A stretch of DNA of 64,000 nucleotides from Thermoplasmata archaeon (GCA_052325545.1 JBKQUP010000037.1:240459-304458); one strand, 5' to 3'; positions 47,322 through 56,400 are shown, numbered from the stretch's first letter. Notes: generated by a model from the sequence alone, not told the origin. Numbers and translations: made by a program.

Positions 47322-48734
47322 TCACGGTTCGTCGAGCCAGGGGAGCCGCTTCCCGAGCAGCTCTCGAAGCGCCTCGGAAAGCGCCGGGGTCTCGGCGGCC
47401 TCGCTGAGGGTTCTCACATCGCACGGTCCCGAACCTTTGGGCGTGAGGTCCTTCCCGAGGGAAAGGCGCGGGAACGCCGCGCGCAGCACGGCCTCGGCAT
47501 CCCGCTCGGCGCGGCGGGCGTCGACCCCCAGGCTCCCGTCGGGGCGGACGTACGGGCCTTGGAGGACCTGTTCGCTCTTCGTCCCCCACTTCTCGAGGAA
47601 GTGCCCGACCCGGTCGATGCCCGCGGGGGGGCCGTCCTGCACCCGGACCTGAGGACGTCGGGGATGCGCCAGCTCGACCACGATGACGACCGAGCTCGGG
47701 TCGGCGGCGCTCGCCTCCCCGAGGACCGCGAAGTCGGAGCGGGAGAGCTCGTCCGCGACCGCGCGCGCGGCCTTGCGGACCTGGGGGTAGAGCGTGTCGT
47801 CCACGAGGTCCGGTCGGGGAAGGACGGCGACGGTGACGTGGGTGCCCCGCGTATGGGCGAGGGATAGCGCCGCCTCCTTCGAGAGCGACGCGTCCGCGCG
47901 CACCTCGAAGAATCGCTCGCTCGGCCGGTCCAGGTACGCCCCGGCGGCGAGGACGAAGAGCCCGAGGTTCCTCCGCGAGAGCGCGCTCGCCACATTGCGG
48001 TTCGGGTCGACGGGGTCGGCGAGCACGAGCGCCACCTCGGCCGGCAGCCTCGGGGGTTCCTTACCGGGTTTGGCGAGGCGGACGGGAACCCGCCAGTCCC
48101 GGGCCGCGACGAGGAGTTGGCGCAACGAGCCGAATTGGATCACGAGGAGCTCGACCAGGTAGCCCGAGAAGCCCTCGGTCCTCGCCTCGGACCCGTACAC
48201 GCCGAGCGACCGGGAGAACTGCTTCGTGAGGCGGACCTGCCCGACGATCTCGGGGGTCTCCCGGGTCGTGAGGTACTCCTGGTGGAACGGCGTCCGGTCG
48301 ACCGGCGAAAGAGGATGGGAGGGGTCGGTGATCGCGAACCCCGGGACGGCGTCGACCGTGAACCCTTCGAACTTCCCTCGCAGGTACGGGTGCTCGGCGT
48401 ACCGCGTCTCCGGCTCCGAAAGGACCGCGTTCCCCAGGGCGAGCCCTTCCTCGCGCAACCGGTCTCGGGAGAGGTCGGGCGGGAACAGGAGGAACAGGTC
48501 GACGTCCAGCCGGTCCTGCAGGAACGTGCCGCGGGCCGCGCTGCCGGCGACGAGCGCCCGGACGAGTGGGCTTGACCGCGCCTTGGCGGCCGCGGTCACC
48601 CGCTCGACCAGCGCGTCCCGCACCCGGGAAACGCGGTCCATGAACTCGGCGGAAGGGGTGATCCGGGCGCCTACCTCACGCTCGACCGCGTCGGCCTGGG
48701 CGGCCTGCGCGGGACCTCCACCGGCTCCCGTCAT
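47322..48734 (-). CDS. cca: CCA-adding enzyme (archaeal class I tRNA nucleotidyltransferase)
   Basis: VAGSAARGTFLQDRLDVDLFLLFP nucleotidyltransferase motif, followed by YAEHPYLRG. 471 aa from ATG 48734. Confidence 0.82.
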   Translation of the reverse strand: MTGAGGGPAQAAQADAVEREVGARITPSAEFMDRVSRVRDALVERVTAAAKARSSPLVRALVAGSAARGTFLQDRLDVDLFLLFPPDLSRDRLREEGLALGNAVLSEPETRYAEHPYLRGKFEGFTVDAVPGFAITDPSHPLSPVDRTPFHQEYLTTRETPEIVGQVRLTKQFSRSLGVYGSEARTEGFSGYLVELLVIQFGSLRQLLVAARDWRVPVRLAKPGKEPPRLPAEVALVLADPVDPNRNVASALSRRNLGLFVLAAGAYLDRPSERFFEVRADASLSKEAALSLAHTRGTHVTVAVLPRPDLVDDTLYPQVRKAARAVADELSRSDFAVLGEASAADPSSVVIVVELAHPRRPQVRVQDGPPAGIDRVGHFLEKWGTKSEQVLQGPYVRPDGSLGVDARRAERDAEAVLRAAFPRLSLGKDLTPKGSGPCDVRTLSEAAETPALSEALRELLGKRLPWLDEP

Positions 48735-48837
48735 CGACGGTCCGGGGACGTTCCGGCACAGATGAACCTTCGGCTCGAGGCGCCGGCACGGGACGACGCT
48801 TATCGGTCGGCGGCGCCTCTTACCGGAGAGAGAGCTC

Positions 48838-49905
48838 ATGCCGTCCACGCTCGGGCATACCGCCACCCTCTTCGAGCCGGCCCCCGACCGGAAGGTGCGA
48901 TGCACCGCCTGCGCCCGGTACTGCACGATCCCCGACGGGTCGCACGGGTTCTGCTTCGTCCGCAAGAACGTGGGGGGTCGCCTCGTCCTCCTCAGCTACG
49001 GCAAGGCCTCCGCGGCGCAGGTCGACCCTATCGAGAAGAAACCCCTCTCTCACTTCCATCCGGGGACCCGGGTCTACTCGATCGGCACGGTCGGGTGCAA
49101 CTGGCGCTGCGCGTACTGCCAGAACGCCGAGATCTCTCAGGAACATGAGGTGGTGGGACGGTCCCTGCCCCCGCACGTCGCCGTAGCGGAAGCGAGGAGG
49201 TTCGGCTGCAGCGGGGTGACGTTCACCTACAACGAGCCTTCGATCTTCGCCGAGTACGCCCTCGACGTGATGCGGGAGGCGCACGAGGTCGGCCTCTTCG
49301 CGAACTTCGTGACGAACGGGTACATGACCCCCGAGGCGGTCGCGCTGATCGGCCCGCATCTCGACGCGGTGAGCGTCGATTTCAAAGGGAGCGGGGAACC
49401 CGGGTTCCTTCGGAAGTACGTCGCCGCCACGGGGCCGGAGCCGATCTTCGAATCCGCGGTGGACCTGAAGAAGCGAGGCGTGCACGTCGAGATCACCGAC
49501 CTCATCGTCCCGGAGGTCGGGGAGTCGGTCGAAGCGACCCAGAAACTCGCCCGGTTCGTACGGGACGAACTGGGTCCTTCCACCCCGTTCCATCTCCTGC
49601 GATTTCACCCCGATTACCGGATGATGGACCTTCCCGAAACCCCGGTGGCGACCCTCGAGAAGCTGCACCGGGTCGTGAAGGCGGAAGGTCTCGACTACGT
49701 CTACCTCGGGAACGTCTGGGGGCACCCGCTCGAGCACACCTACTGTCCGGGCTGTGGGTCCATCGCGGTCCGCCGGCTCGGATTCACGATAAAGTCCTGG
49801 CGCCTGGACCCGGAGAACTGCTGCCGGAAGTGCGGGATGAAGATCCCGATCGTGGGACGGCTGCCCGAGGACTACGTGCCGTCCTTCGCGACCCCGGTCA
49901 CGTAG
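48838..49905 (+). CDS. AmmeMemoRadiSam system radical SAM enzyme
   Basis: N-terminal Cys-rich VRCTACARYCTIPDGSHGFCFVR, IEKKPLSHFHPG and the radical-SAM motif GCNWRCAYCQN. Confidence 0.8.
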   Translation: MPSTLGHTATLFEPAPDRKVRCTACARYCTIPDGSHGFCFVRKNVGGRLVLLSYGKASAAQVDPIEKKPLSHFHPGTRVYSIGTVGCNWRCAYCQNAEISQEHEVVGRSLPPHVAVAEARRFGCSGVTFTYNEPSIFAEYALDVMREAHEVGLFANFVTNGYMTPEAVALIGPHLDAVSVDFKGSGEPGFLRKYVAATGPEPIFESAVDLKKRGVHVEITDLIVPEVGESVEATQKLARFVRDELGPSTPFHLLRFHPDYRMMDLPETPVATLEKLHRVVKAEGLDYVYLGNVWGHPLEHTYCPGCGSIAVRRLGFTIKSWRLDPENCCRKCGMKIPIVGRLPEDYVPSFATPVT

Positions 49906-50136
49906 CTCAAGACCTACGGCCTCGGAGACGCGGCTCCGGACGCGGGCGTTCTCCCGCGAGCCCGGTCGCTCGCAATGGCGGTCACCGTCAACCGAGACCG
50001 ACGGGGGTACCATATACGCGGCGGACGCCCGAACCAGTGAGGAGGTCCCGGAGTGCGGAGAACCCCCCCCCGGACAGCACCGTCCCGACCGAGGGCCCAT
50101 GGCCACGTGGCCCCGGAGCCCGACGAGCCCCTTCCG

Positions 50137-50802
50137 ATGGTCGAGATCGTGCTCAACGGGGTCGCCGGAGACGAATGGGTGACGGAGAGCCTGAGGTCCC
50201 AAGGCGTGGCCATCCGCCTGCTCGCTTGCCGTCCCACCCACCGAGGGCGACTTCTCCGGCTCTTTGAGGTCCAGACGAACGGGGACGGGATCGCCCCCGT
50301 GATCCGTCGTCTCCGTACCCGCTTGGCCGCTCGCGACATCGCCACGGCCAGCCTCGGCCCCGACCGGGCGCTCCTGCGAGTGTCAGTGCCGATGCCCGCG
50401 GTCTGCTCGGCCGCGTTCGACCTGGGCGACTTTTGCATCAGTTGTCCGTTCCTCGGAGAGGACGATGGCACCGGGTCGGGCTCCTGGAAGGTACTGGTCC
50501 CGCAGATCGTCGATGCGCGTCGTCTCCTCAAGGCGGCCGCGCGAAGCGGAGGACCGCGGCCGTCCCTGGTCCGGGCGGGGGCGTACCGGAGGCGCTGGAG
50601 CCTCACGGGACGTCAAGAAAGAGCGCTCCGTGTGGCGTTCCAGATCGGCTACTTTGACTACCCGCGCAAAGCCTCCCTCTCCACCCTCGCCGCCCGGCTC
50701 GGTGTCGGTCGGTCGACCGCGCTCGAGCTCCTCCGTAAGGCCACCACGAAGCTGGCGGCCGAGAGGTTCCTCGCCGAGCCACCGGTCGACCGCCCTCCCT
50801 AG
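50137..50802 (+). CDS. HTH_10 (bacterio-opsin activator-type) transcriptional regulator
   Basis: C-terminal LTGRQERALRVAFQIGYFDYPRKASLSTLAARLGVGRSTALELLRKA. Start at ATG 50137. Confidence 0.7.
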   Translation: MVEIVLNGVAGDEWVTESLRSQGVAIRLLACRPTHRGRLLRLFEVQTNGDGIAPVIRRLRTRLAARDIATASLGPDRALLRVSVPMPAVCSAAFDLGDFCISCPFLGEDDGTGSGSWKVLVPQIVDARRLLKAAARSGGPRPSLVRAGAYRRRWSLTGRQERALRVAFQIGYFDYPRKASLSTLAARLGVGRSTALELLRKATTKLAAERFLAEPPVDRPP

Positions 50803-50853
50803 GGGGACCGCGCGGGGTTCGGCAGGGGCCGACGCGCAGACCGACCGGGTCCG

Positions 50854-51264
50854 TCACGACCGGGTCGGCGACCTCGGGTGAGCCCGCGCGCTCGGCTTCC
50901 GACGTGAGGGAGGTCGACTCCGAACTCGGTCCGTCTTCTTGGAGTCGGTCGATGCCGCCTTCCGAGGGAGGGTCCGGTTCTCCGTCACGAAGCGGTCTTT
51001 TCCGGCTTCCACGACCGCGCGAAAGATCGTCCGCATCCGCGCGGGCGACAGACCGGCCTGCTCGGCCCAGCCCTGGGCCCGAGCGATGACCCGCCGTTCC
51101 TGCGCCGGGTCCGACACCCTCCCGTTTCCTTCGCAACGGAGACGGATCGCCGCGCCAGCGGCTTCCACGCGGGCGGCCACCAGGAGGACGATGGCCCGGT
51201 CGATCTCCTCGAGGTCACGGCGGACCGAGAGCAGCGACGGAGCGACTTTCCCACGGGCGACCAT
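50854..51264 (-). CDS. chorismate mutase-like (AroQ/CM_2) domain protein with basic C-terminal tail
   Basis: LLSVRRDLEEIDRAIVLLVAARVEAAGAAIRLR...DPAQERRVIARA...MRTIFRAVVEAG follows the AroQ three-helix pattern. Some canonical catalytic positions appear substituted. Start at ATG 51264. Confidence 0.55.
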   Translation of the reverse strand: MVARGKVAPSLLSVRRDLEEIDRAIVLLVAARVEAAGAAIRLRCEGNGRVSDPAQERRVIARAQGWAEQAGLSPARMRTIFRAVVEAGKDRFVTENRTLPRKAASTDSKKTDRVRSRPPSRRKPSARAHPRSPTRS

Positions 51265-51353
51265 GCCGGCCGTCAGAGCCCGACGTGGGCCATGTTCCTT
51301 CGACCGCACTGGTGCGGGGGCCGGCTCACATACCGCTCGCCGTGTCCGGGTCG

Positions 51354-52505
51354 ATGGAAATCGTCCTGGCCTCCAATTTCGATGACCGGCTGGTCGAGGA
51401 GACCGCCGATCTCCCGGTCTCCACGTTCTTCGGTGGGTTCCCGGTGCAATTGACCGGAGGCGGCCGACCGCCCCAGATCCTCCCCCCGGTCGACCGGGAA
51501 CGGTTCCGCGCCCATCTCGAGGTGGTCCACCGGCATTCCCGTCAGTTCTTCGCCACGCTCAACAGCAACGACCTCGGGCTGAAGGAGTACGGACCGGGGT
51601 ACGTCGGTCGCCTCCTGCGAGAGGTCGGTGACCTGGTCGACCTCGGAGTGGACGGGTTCGTGATCGCCCTGCCGGCCCTGATCGAAGCGATCCGGACCGA
51701 ATGGCCGGACGTGCCCATCACGGTCTCCACGTTCGCTCGGATCCGGACCGTGACCCAGGCGGAGTACTTCCTGAAGCTCGGAGCGCGGACGATCATCCTC
51801 GAGGAGGCGAATCGGGACTTCCGGCTGATCCGCGGCCTCGTACGGCTGGGAGCGGAGGTCGAGATCCTCGTCAACCAGAGCTGCCTTCCGTCCTGCCCGT
51901 ACCGGGGCCATCACCTGAACACGAGCTCTCTCGCTTCTCAGCCGGGCGCTCCGCCCCTGGCGTTCGAGTACCCGATTCTCGAGTGCGGCCTCGAGTACGT
52001 CCGGGACCCCGCGAAAATCATCTCGGGGATCTTCGTCCGCCCCGAGGACCTCGAGGTGTTCGAAGAGGTCGGGGTCACTCGTTTCAAGGTATCCGGTCGG
52101 AACCGCTCGACCGACTGGCTGGTACGGTCCGCCCGGGCCTACGCGCAGAGGTCATATCCGGGAGACCTCGCGGATATCCTGAGCCTGGTTCAGGTGAAGG
52201 GACCCTCGGCGGCCCTGAAGCGGCTGGGAGATGGCCCGCACGGCGAGGAGGCCCGTACGCTCGCTCGGGCGTTCGCCCCGCTCTCGGAGCTGACGATCGA
52301 CAATCGGGAGTTCCCTGCGGACTTCCTCCGCCACATCGCCTCCGTGGATTGCGAACACACGACCTGCGAGGTCTGCGGGTACTGCCGCGGCGTCGCCCAG
52401 AAAGTGCTCCGGGTCTCCGGCCGCCCGGTGTCGGAGTACTCTCCGCCGTCCGACCTGCCTGCCGCGATCCGGGTCCTCCCTCAGCTCGGCGCCACCTCGA
52501 AGTGA
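51354..52505 (+). CDS. peptidase U32 family protein (RlhA/TrhP/UbiU-like putative Fe-S enzyme)
   Basis: FGGFPVQLTGGGRPPQILPPV, FFATLNSN, VNQSCLPSCPYRGHHLN and a C-terminal DCEHTTCEVCGYC. The layout matches U32 proteins of anaerobes as I recall them. Start at ATG 51354. Confidence 0.65.
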   Translation: MEIVLASNFDDRLVEETADLPVSTFFGGFPVQLTGGGRPPQILPPVDRERFRAHLEVVHRHSRQFFATLNSNDLGLKEYGPGYVGRLLREVGDLVDLGVDGFVIALPALIEAIRTEWPDVPITVSTFARIRTVTQAEYFLKLGARTIILEEANRDFRLIRGLVRLGAEVEILVNQSCLPSCPYRGHHLNTSSLASQPGAPPLAFEYPILECGLEYVRDPAKIISGIFVRPEDLEVFEEVGVTRFKVSGRNRSTDWLVRSARAYAQRSYPGDLADILSLVQVKGPSAALKRLGDGPHGEEARTLARAFAPLSELTIDNREFPADFLRHIASVDCEHTTCEVCGYCRGVAQKVLRVSGRPVSEYSPPSDLPAAIRVLPQLGATSK

Positions 52506-52646
52506 AGGACCTCGCCGTCGCCCGGTGTCGGAAAGTGCGGCAAAGGTAGCGCCCCGGAGGCGGGCTTCGGGGGCGAGATCTCGAGTTCGCCCGTCCACCT
52601 CCGGTTCCGCGTCCGGTGGGCAAGTGATCGGGCGATGCTCACCGGG

Positions 52647-53150
52647 TCACCGCGAGTCGCCGCGCCGGGAGATCCGGTGCGCAGGGGCCTGCCGGCCGAC
52701 GATGAACTGACGGACCTTCTGGGGGACGAACTCCTCGATTCCCTCCAGCCGTGCTCCGTCGGGACCCACCAGGAGGGGCAGCACGTCGTTCGGGCCGACC
52801 CATCGGTCCACGAGGCCCTGCGGCGCGGTCGCTCGGTTGGTGTCGACGACGGTGACCCTTCTCCGCTCACGACCGGCGATCCTGAGCACCATGTCAACGC
52901 ATCGAAGCTGCTGGCGGGGAAGGTGCCACGGACGGTCGACGGACTCCGAGGGTGGGGCCTCGCCCAAGCCCGGCGCGATGGCCCCTGGGGGATTCGATGT
53001 GCGAGATATGGGCATCCGCCCCCCGAACGGGAGGGCCGCGTCCACGAAACGGCCGACCACGGTGCTCTTCGTTTTCTGCAACGAGTCGACGCCCGAATCT
53101 GGCTCTCCGGCGACGAATAGCAGAAAATCGTCTTCACCGGCGGAGGACAT
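52647..53150 (-). CDS. hypothetical protein (possible thioredoxin-like fold, no CxxC)
   Basis: 167-aa ORF whose codon third positions are mostly G/C. Competing ORFs in other frames (52481..53230, 52635..53120) look less protein-like. No motif recognised. Confidence 0.35.
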   Translation of the reverse strand: MSSAGEDDFLLFVAGEPDSGVDSLQKTKSTVVGRFVDAALPFGGRMPISRTSNPPGAIAPGLGEAPPSESVDRPWHLPRQQLRCVDMVLRIAGRERRRVTVVDTNRATAPQGLVDRWVGPNDVLPLLVGPDGARLEGIEEFVPQKVRQFIVGRQAPAHRISRRGDSR

Positions 53151-53272
53151 CGTCCCAGAATCGGCCCCAGTGGCTTAAACCTCGCGGCGGAACAGATTCC
53201 GCGCACGGGGGGAATGCGAACCCGCTCCATCGCTTCGACCTGGGCCGGAACGTAGGTTCCGGCATCCGACCC

Positions 53273-53851
53273 TTATCGAAGGGCCTCTAGGATCTCGTCC
53301 GTCGTCCGTATGCGGCCGATCCGCCTGAACGCGATGTTGATCGCGGCGTGATGCATCTCCGCGGAGCTGGAGGACATCGCATCTTCGGCGAACACCTGCT
53401 GGAAACCGTACTCATAGGCGAACCGGGCCGTGCTCTCAACCCCATAGTTCGTCGATATGCCGCAGAGCACGATCGTCCTCATTCCCCGTCGTCTCAACTG
53501 CAGCTCGAGCTCGGTTCCGTAGAACGCCCCCCACTGCTTCTTCGCGATCGTTAGGTCGCCCTCTTTGGGTCCGATCTCCGGTACAAAATCCGATGCGTCG
53601 GCCGGAAGGGGGCCGCTCGGCCGCCAACCCGGGTCGTCGGATACCACATCGAGACGTTCCGCCGGTGTCGACACCACATGCACCAGGAAAACCGGCATGC
53701 CGTTCTTCCGGAACGCCTCGGCCAGCTTGGCCGCATTCTGCACCACGACCTCAGTGCTGTGCGGCGCGAACGTTCTCCCCGAGGACGCGATGCCCTTCTG
53801 AAGGTCGATCACCACCAATGCCGTGGTCTTCTTGTCTAGGTCCAACGCCAT
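53273..53851 (-). CDS. isochorismatase-family cysteine hydrolase
   Basis: TALVVIDLQKG, the catalytic-Cys region IVLCGISTNYGVESTAR, 192 aa. Confidence 0.8.
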   Translation of the reverse strand: MALDLDKKTTALVVIDLQKGIASSGRTFAPHSTEVVVQNAAKLAEAFRKNGMPVFLVHVVSTPAERLDVVSDDPGWRPSGPLPADASDFVPEIGPKEGDLTIAKKQWGAFYGTELELQLRRRGMRTIVLCGISTNYGVESTARFAYEYGFQQVFAEDAMSSSSAEMHHAAINIAFRRIGRIRTTDEILEALR

Positions 53852-54062
53852 GGGATCCTTTCCTTGCTCATTCCAGGGGATAGATATCCCGCTTTATGGC
53901 CTGGCGGCCCGCCGGTACGATTAGGGTTCGCGCGAGGCACTGGTCCGATCCGGCCCCTGGGACCGACCGAACAGCGCGAGCGGTTTGTTTCCGATTGGGT
54001 TTCAAGGAGGGGTGCATGGCGCAGCGGGGGATCACGGGCCGGATAGCCCTGGTCGTGTTCGC

Positions 54063-55265
54063 ATGACGTCGACCGGGAAGGAGGACGGATTCCTCGGGTT
54101 CTCTCGGACCATCTACCTCCTCGGGGCCTCCAACCTGGTCATGTCGGCGGGCCGTTCGGCCGCCTGGCTCTTCCTCCCCATTCTCCTGTACACCTCCTAT
54201 CATCTCTCCTTCCTCTACGTCGGCGTCCTGGTTTCCCTCGTCATCCCGGTCTCCCTTCTCGCGGCGATCGTGGGCGGCGCGGCCTCGGACCGGTACGGGC
54301 GCCGGGCCTTCCTGGCGTATCCTCCTCTCGCCTACGCCCTCGTCTCCTTCCTCCTCTATGAATTCTGGAGCCAGGGGCTCGTGGTCGTCATGGGTCTCTG
54401 GGCGGCCAACATGTTCCTGGGGAACATCGGGTCGGGCGCCCAGAACGCGCTGATGACCGATGTCTCGATAGAGACCCGTCGGATGCGCGTCTTCAGTCTT
54501 TTGCGGATCTTCGGCAACGTCGGGTTCGCGATCGCTCCCGCCCTGGGCGGACTCCTCGCGAGCCAGTTCGGGATCCCCGTGGTCTTCCTGGTGGCGTGCG
54601 TCGCCGCCCTCGGTGGCGGTCTGCTCCTCACGCTCTTCCTCGAAGAGACCCGGCCGGTGAGCACCTCGTCCGTTCGGCCGATGCGGGAAACCGCGTCGTT
54701 TCCGTTCCACGACTCGATGTTCCTGGCGCTGGGAGTCCTCGGGATCGGCCTCACGCTCGCGGCCGGACAGTTCGGGACCGCGCTCACCTTGTTCTCCGTG
54801 GGGGTCCGTCATTTCTCCTACGAGCAGGTGGGGTGGCTCTACTCGCTGAACGGCATCATCGTGGTGACATTGCAGATGCCGGTCGCCTGGGGCCTCCGAC
54901 GTCAACACCTCATCTGGATGGCCGTCGGGACGCTCTGCTACGGTGCCGCGTACATGCTCTTCTACGTCGGAACCGCCTACGCCGTGTTCCTAGTGGCCAT
55001 GGGCATCTTGACGATCGGGGAGAACGTGGTGAGCCCGCTCCAGAACACCATCGTGGCCGCGCTGGCCACCGAGGACACCCGAGGAAGCTACTTCGGTGCG
55101 TATGCCGCCATCACGAACGGCGCCAACGTCTTCGCCCCTTCCCTGGGAACGCTGCTCCTCGGCACCGGGAACCCGCTCATGCTGTGGGGCAGCTTCGCCA
55201 TCCTCACCGTGATCGTTGCCGTGGGGTACTTGGCGCTTCGAAGGAAGATGCCCCACCTGCCATAG
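54063..55265 (+). CDS. MFS transporter
   Basis: 400 aa from ATG 54063 with about 12 TM segments and an ASDRYGRRAF loop motif. Confidence 0.75.
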   Translation: MTSTGKEDGFLGFSRTIYLLGASNLVMSAGRSAAWLFLPILLYTSYHLSFLYVGVLVSLVIPVSLLAAIVGGAASDRYGRRAFLAYPPLAYALVSFLLYEFWSQGLVVVMGLWAANMFLGNIGSGAQNALMTDVSIETRRMRVFSLLRIFGNVGFAIAPALGGLLASQFGIPVVFLVACVAALGGGLLLTLFLEETRPVSTSSVRPMRETASFPFHDSMFLALGVLGIGLTLAAGQFGTALTLFSVGVRHFSYEQVGWLYSLNGIIVVTLQMPVAWGLRRQHLIWMAVGTLCYGAAYMLFYVGTAYAVFLVAMGILTIGENVVSPLQNTIVAALATEDTRGSYFGAYAAITNGANVFAPSLGTLLLGTGNPLMLWGSFAILTVIVAVGYLALRRKMPHLP

Positions 55266-55479
55266 GCCCGATGGACGGGCGGTGAGACTCGCCGGGTCCT
55301 TACCCGCGACCCGCTGAGAACCGGCCGGGGTCATCTCACGGGACGGAGCCCCGCCCAGCGAGACCGACAGGAAACGAACCTTGCTTCGACAATCGTTGCT
55401 AACTGCGCAGAATGTTTCAAATAACCCTCTCCGCGAAGGTATCCCGACTTCCTGAGCGGCCGTGGGGAGGAAACGGGCA

Positions 55480-56106
55480 ATGAACGTCTTGGCAGTGAAC
55501 TCGCGACGCAGGAGAGCGGCGGGGAAACGCGGAGTGTCGCCGATCATTGCGACGATCTTGCTCGTCGCCATTAGCGTCGTACTGGCCGCCGTGCTGTATG
55601 CGCTGATCTCGGGATTGACGGGGGGCGGTGTGGGGTCTCGGCCGATCGGGTCGGCGTTCGACGCCGGCAGTCCGATGGCGTCGAAGTGCACGGCGTCTTA
55701 CGCCTACGCGGCGAACGGCTGCCAGGGCGGCGATTACGTCTACAACCTGACCGTGGAGACGACCGGCCCCACGTTCGCGAGCGTCCTGTTCGAGGTCCGG
55801 ACATCGGCCGGGGCGGTCTTCACGACGGGCGGGGTCGGCGGGTTCACGATCCTGACCATCACCGGCAAGGTCGCCGCCCAGATGACCACGGCGACCGCGG
55901 CTCTCGCCATGACGTCCACCTTCGGGACGTACGGAGCCTCGCCCATTTGCAATGGAGTCGCTTGCAACCCGTCGACCTCTTTCTCGAGCGCGTACACGAT
56001 CGAGATCGACATGGGCACGACCAATCCCAATGGCCTGGGCTTTCAGTTCGTGGCGATCGGGACGGGGTCGTACTCCGGGACAACTCCGCCGGTCACTCTG
56101 CAATAG
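55480..56106 (+). CDS. archaeal type IV pilin-like protein (class III signal peptide, DUF1628-like)
   Basis: KRGVSPIIATILLVAISVVLAAVLYALISGL is a typical prepilin-peptidase substrate N-terminus. GGAGG lies 10 nt upstream of ATG 55480. Confidence 0.65.
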   Translation: MNVLAVNSRRRRAAGKRGVSPIIATILLVAISVVLAAVLYALISGLTGGGVGSRPIGSAFDAGSPMASKCTASYAYAANGCQGGDYVYNLTVETTGPTFASVLFEVRTSAGAVFTTGGVGGFTILTITGKVAAQMTTATAALAMTSTFGTYGASPICNGVACNPSTSFSSAYTIEIDMGTTNPNGLGFQFVAIGTGSYSGTTPPVTLQ

Positions 56107-56400
56107 AGTTCGGAATGGAGCCGGGACCACGCAGGGAACGAACCTTCCGAGTCCGCACGGAAGGGACGGGGGCTCCCGTAGCGAGGGGGATACGATACCC
56201 AACGTGGTCTCGGAGGGACAGCCTGCGGGCTGACGGAAGCTCCCGTGCGAGGGAACCGCATTACCCATTTCACAACCCGGTCGCTGGCATGGAGGCGGTC
56301 TGCGACGTCCCACCACACCTGTCGACGGGCGCATCGTCCCGGGGGCTCATGTCAAGAGAACGTGACCCGTGCCTTAACTAGCATCGGTGCGGGTTAGGCG

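Noticed and set aside
48820-50241. 473-aa minus-strand ORF antisense to the AmmeMemoRadiSam radical SAM gene
   Set aside because: The opposite strand carries clear radical-SAM motifs, and the antisense product is low-complexity.
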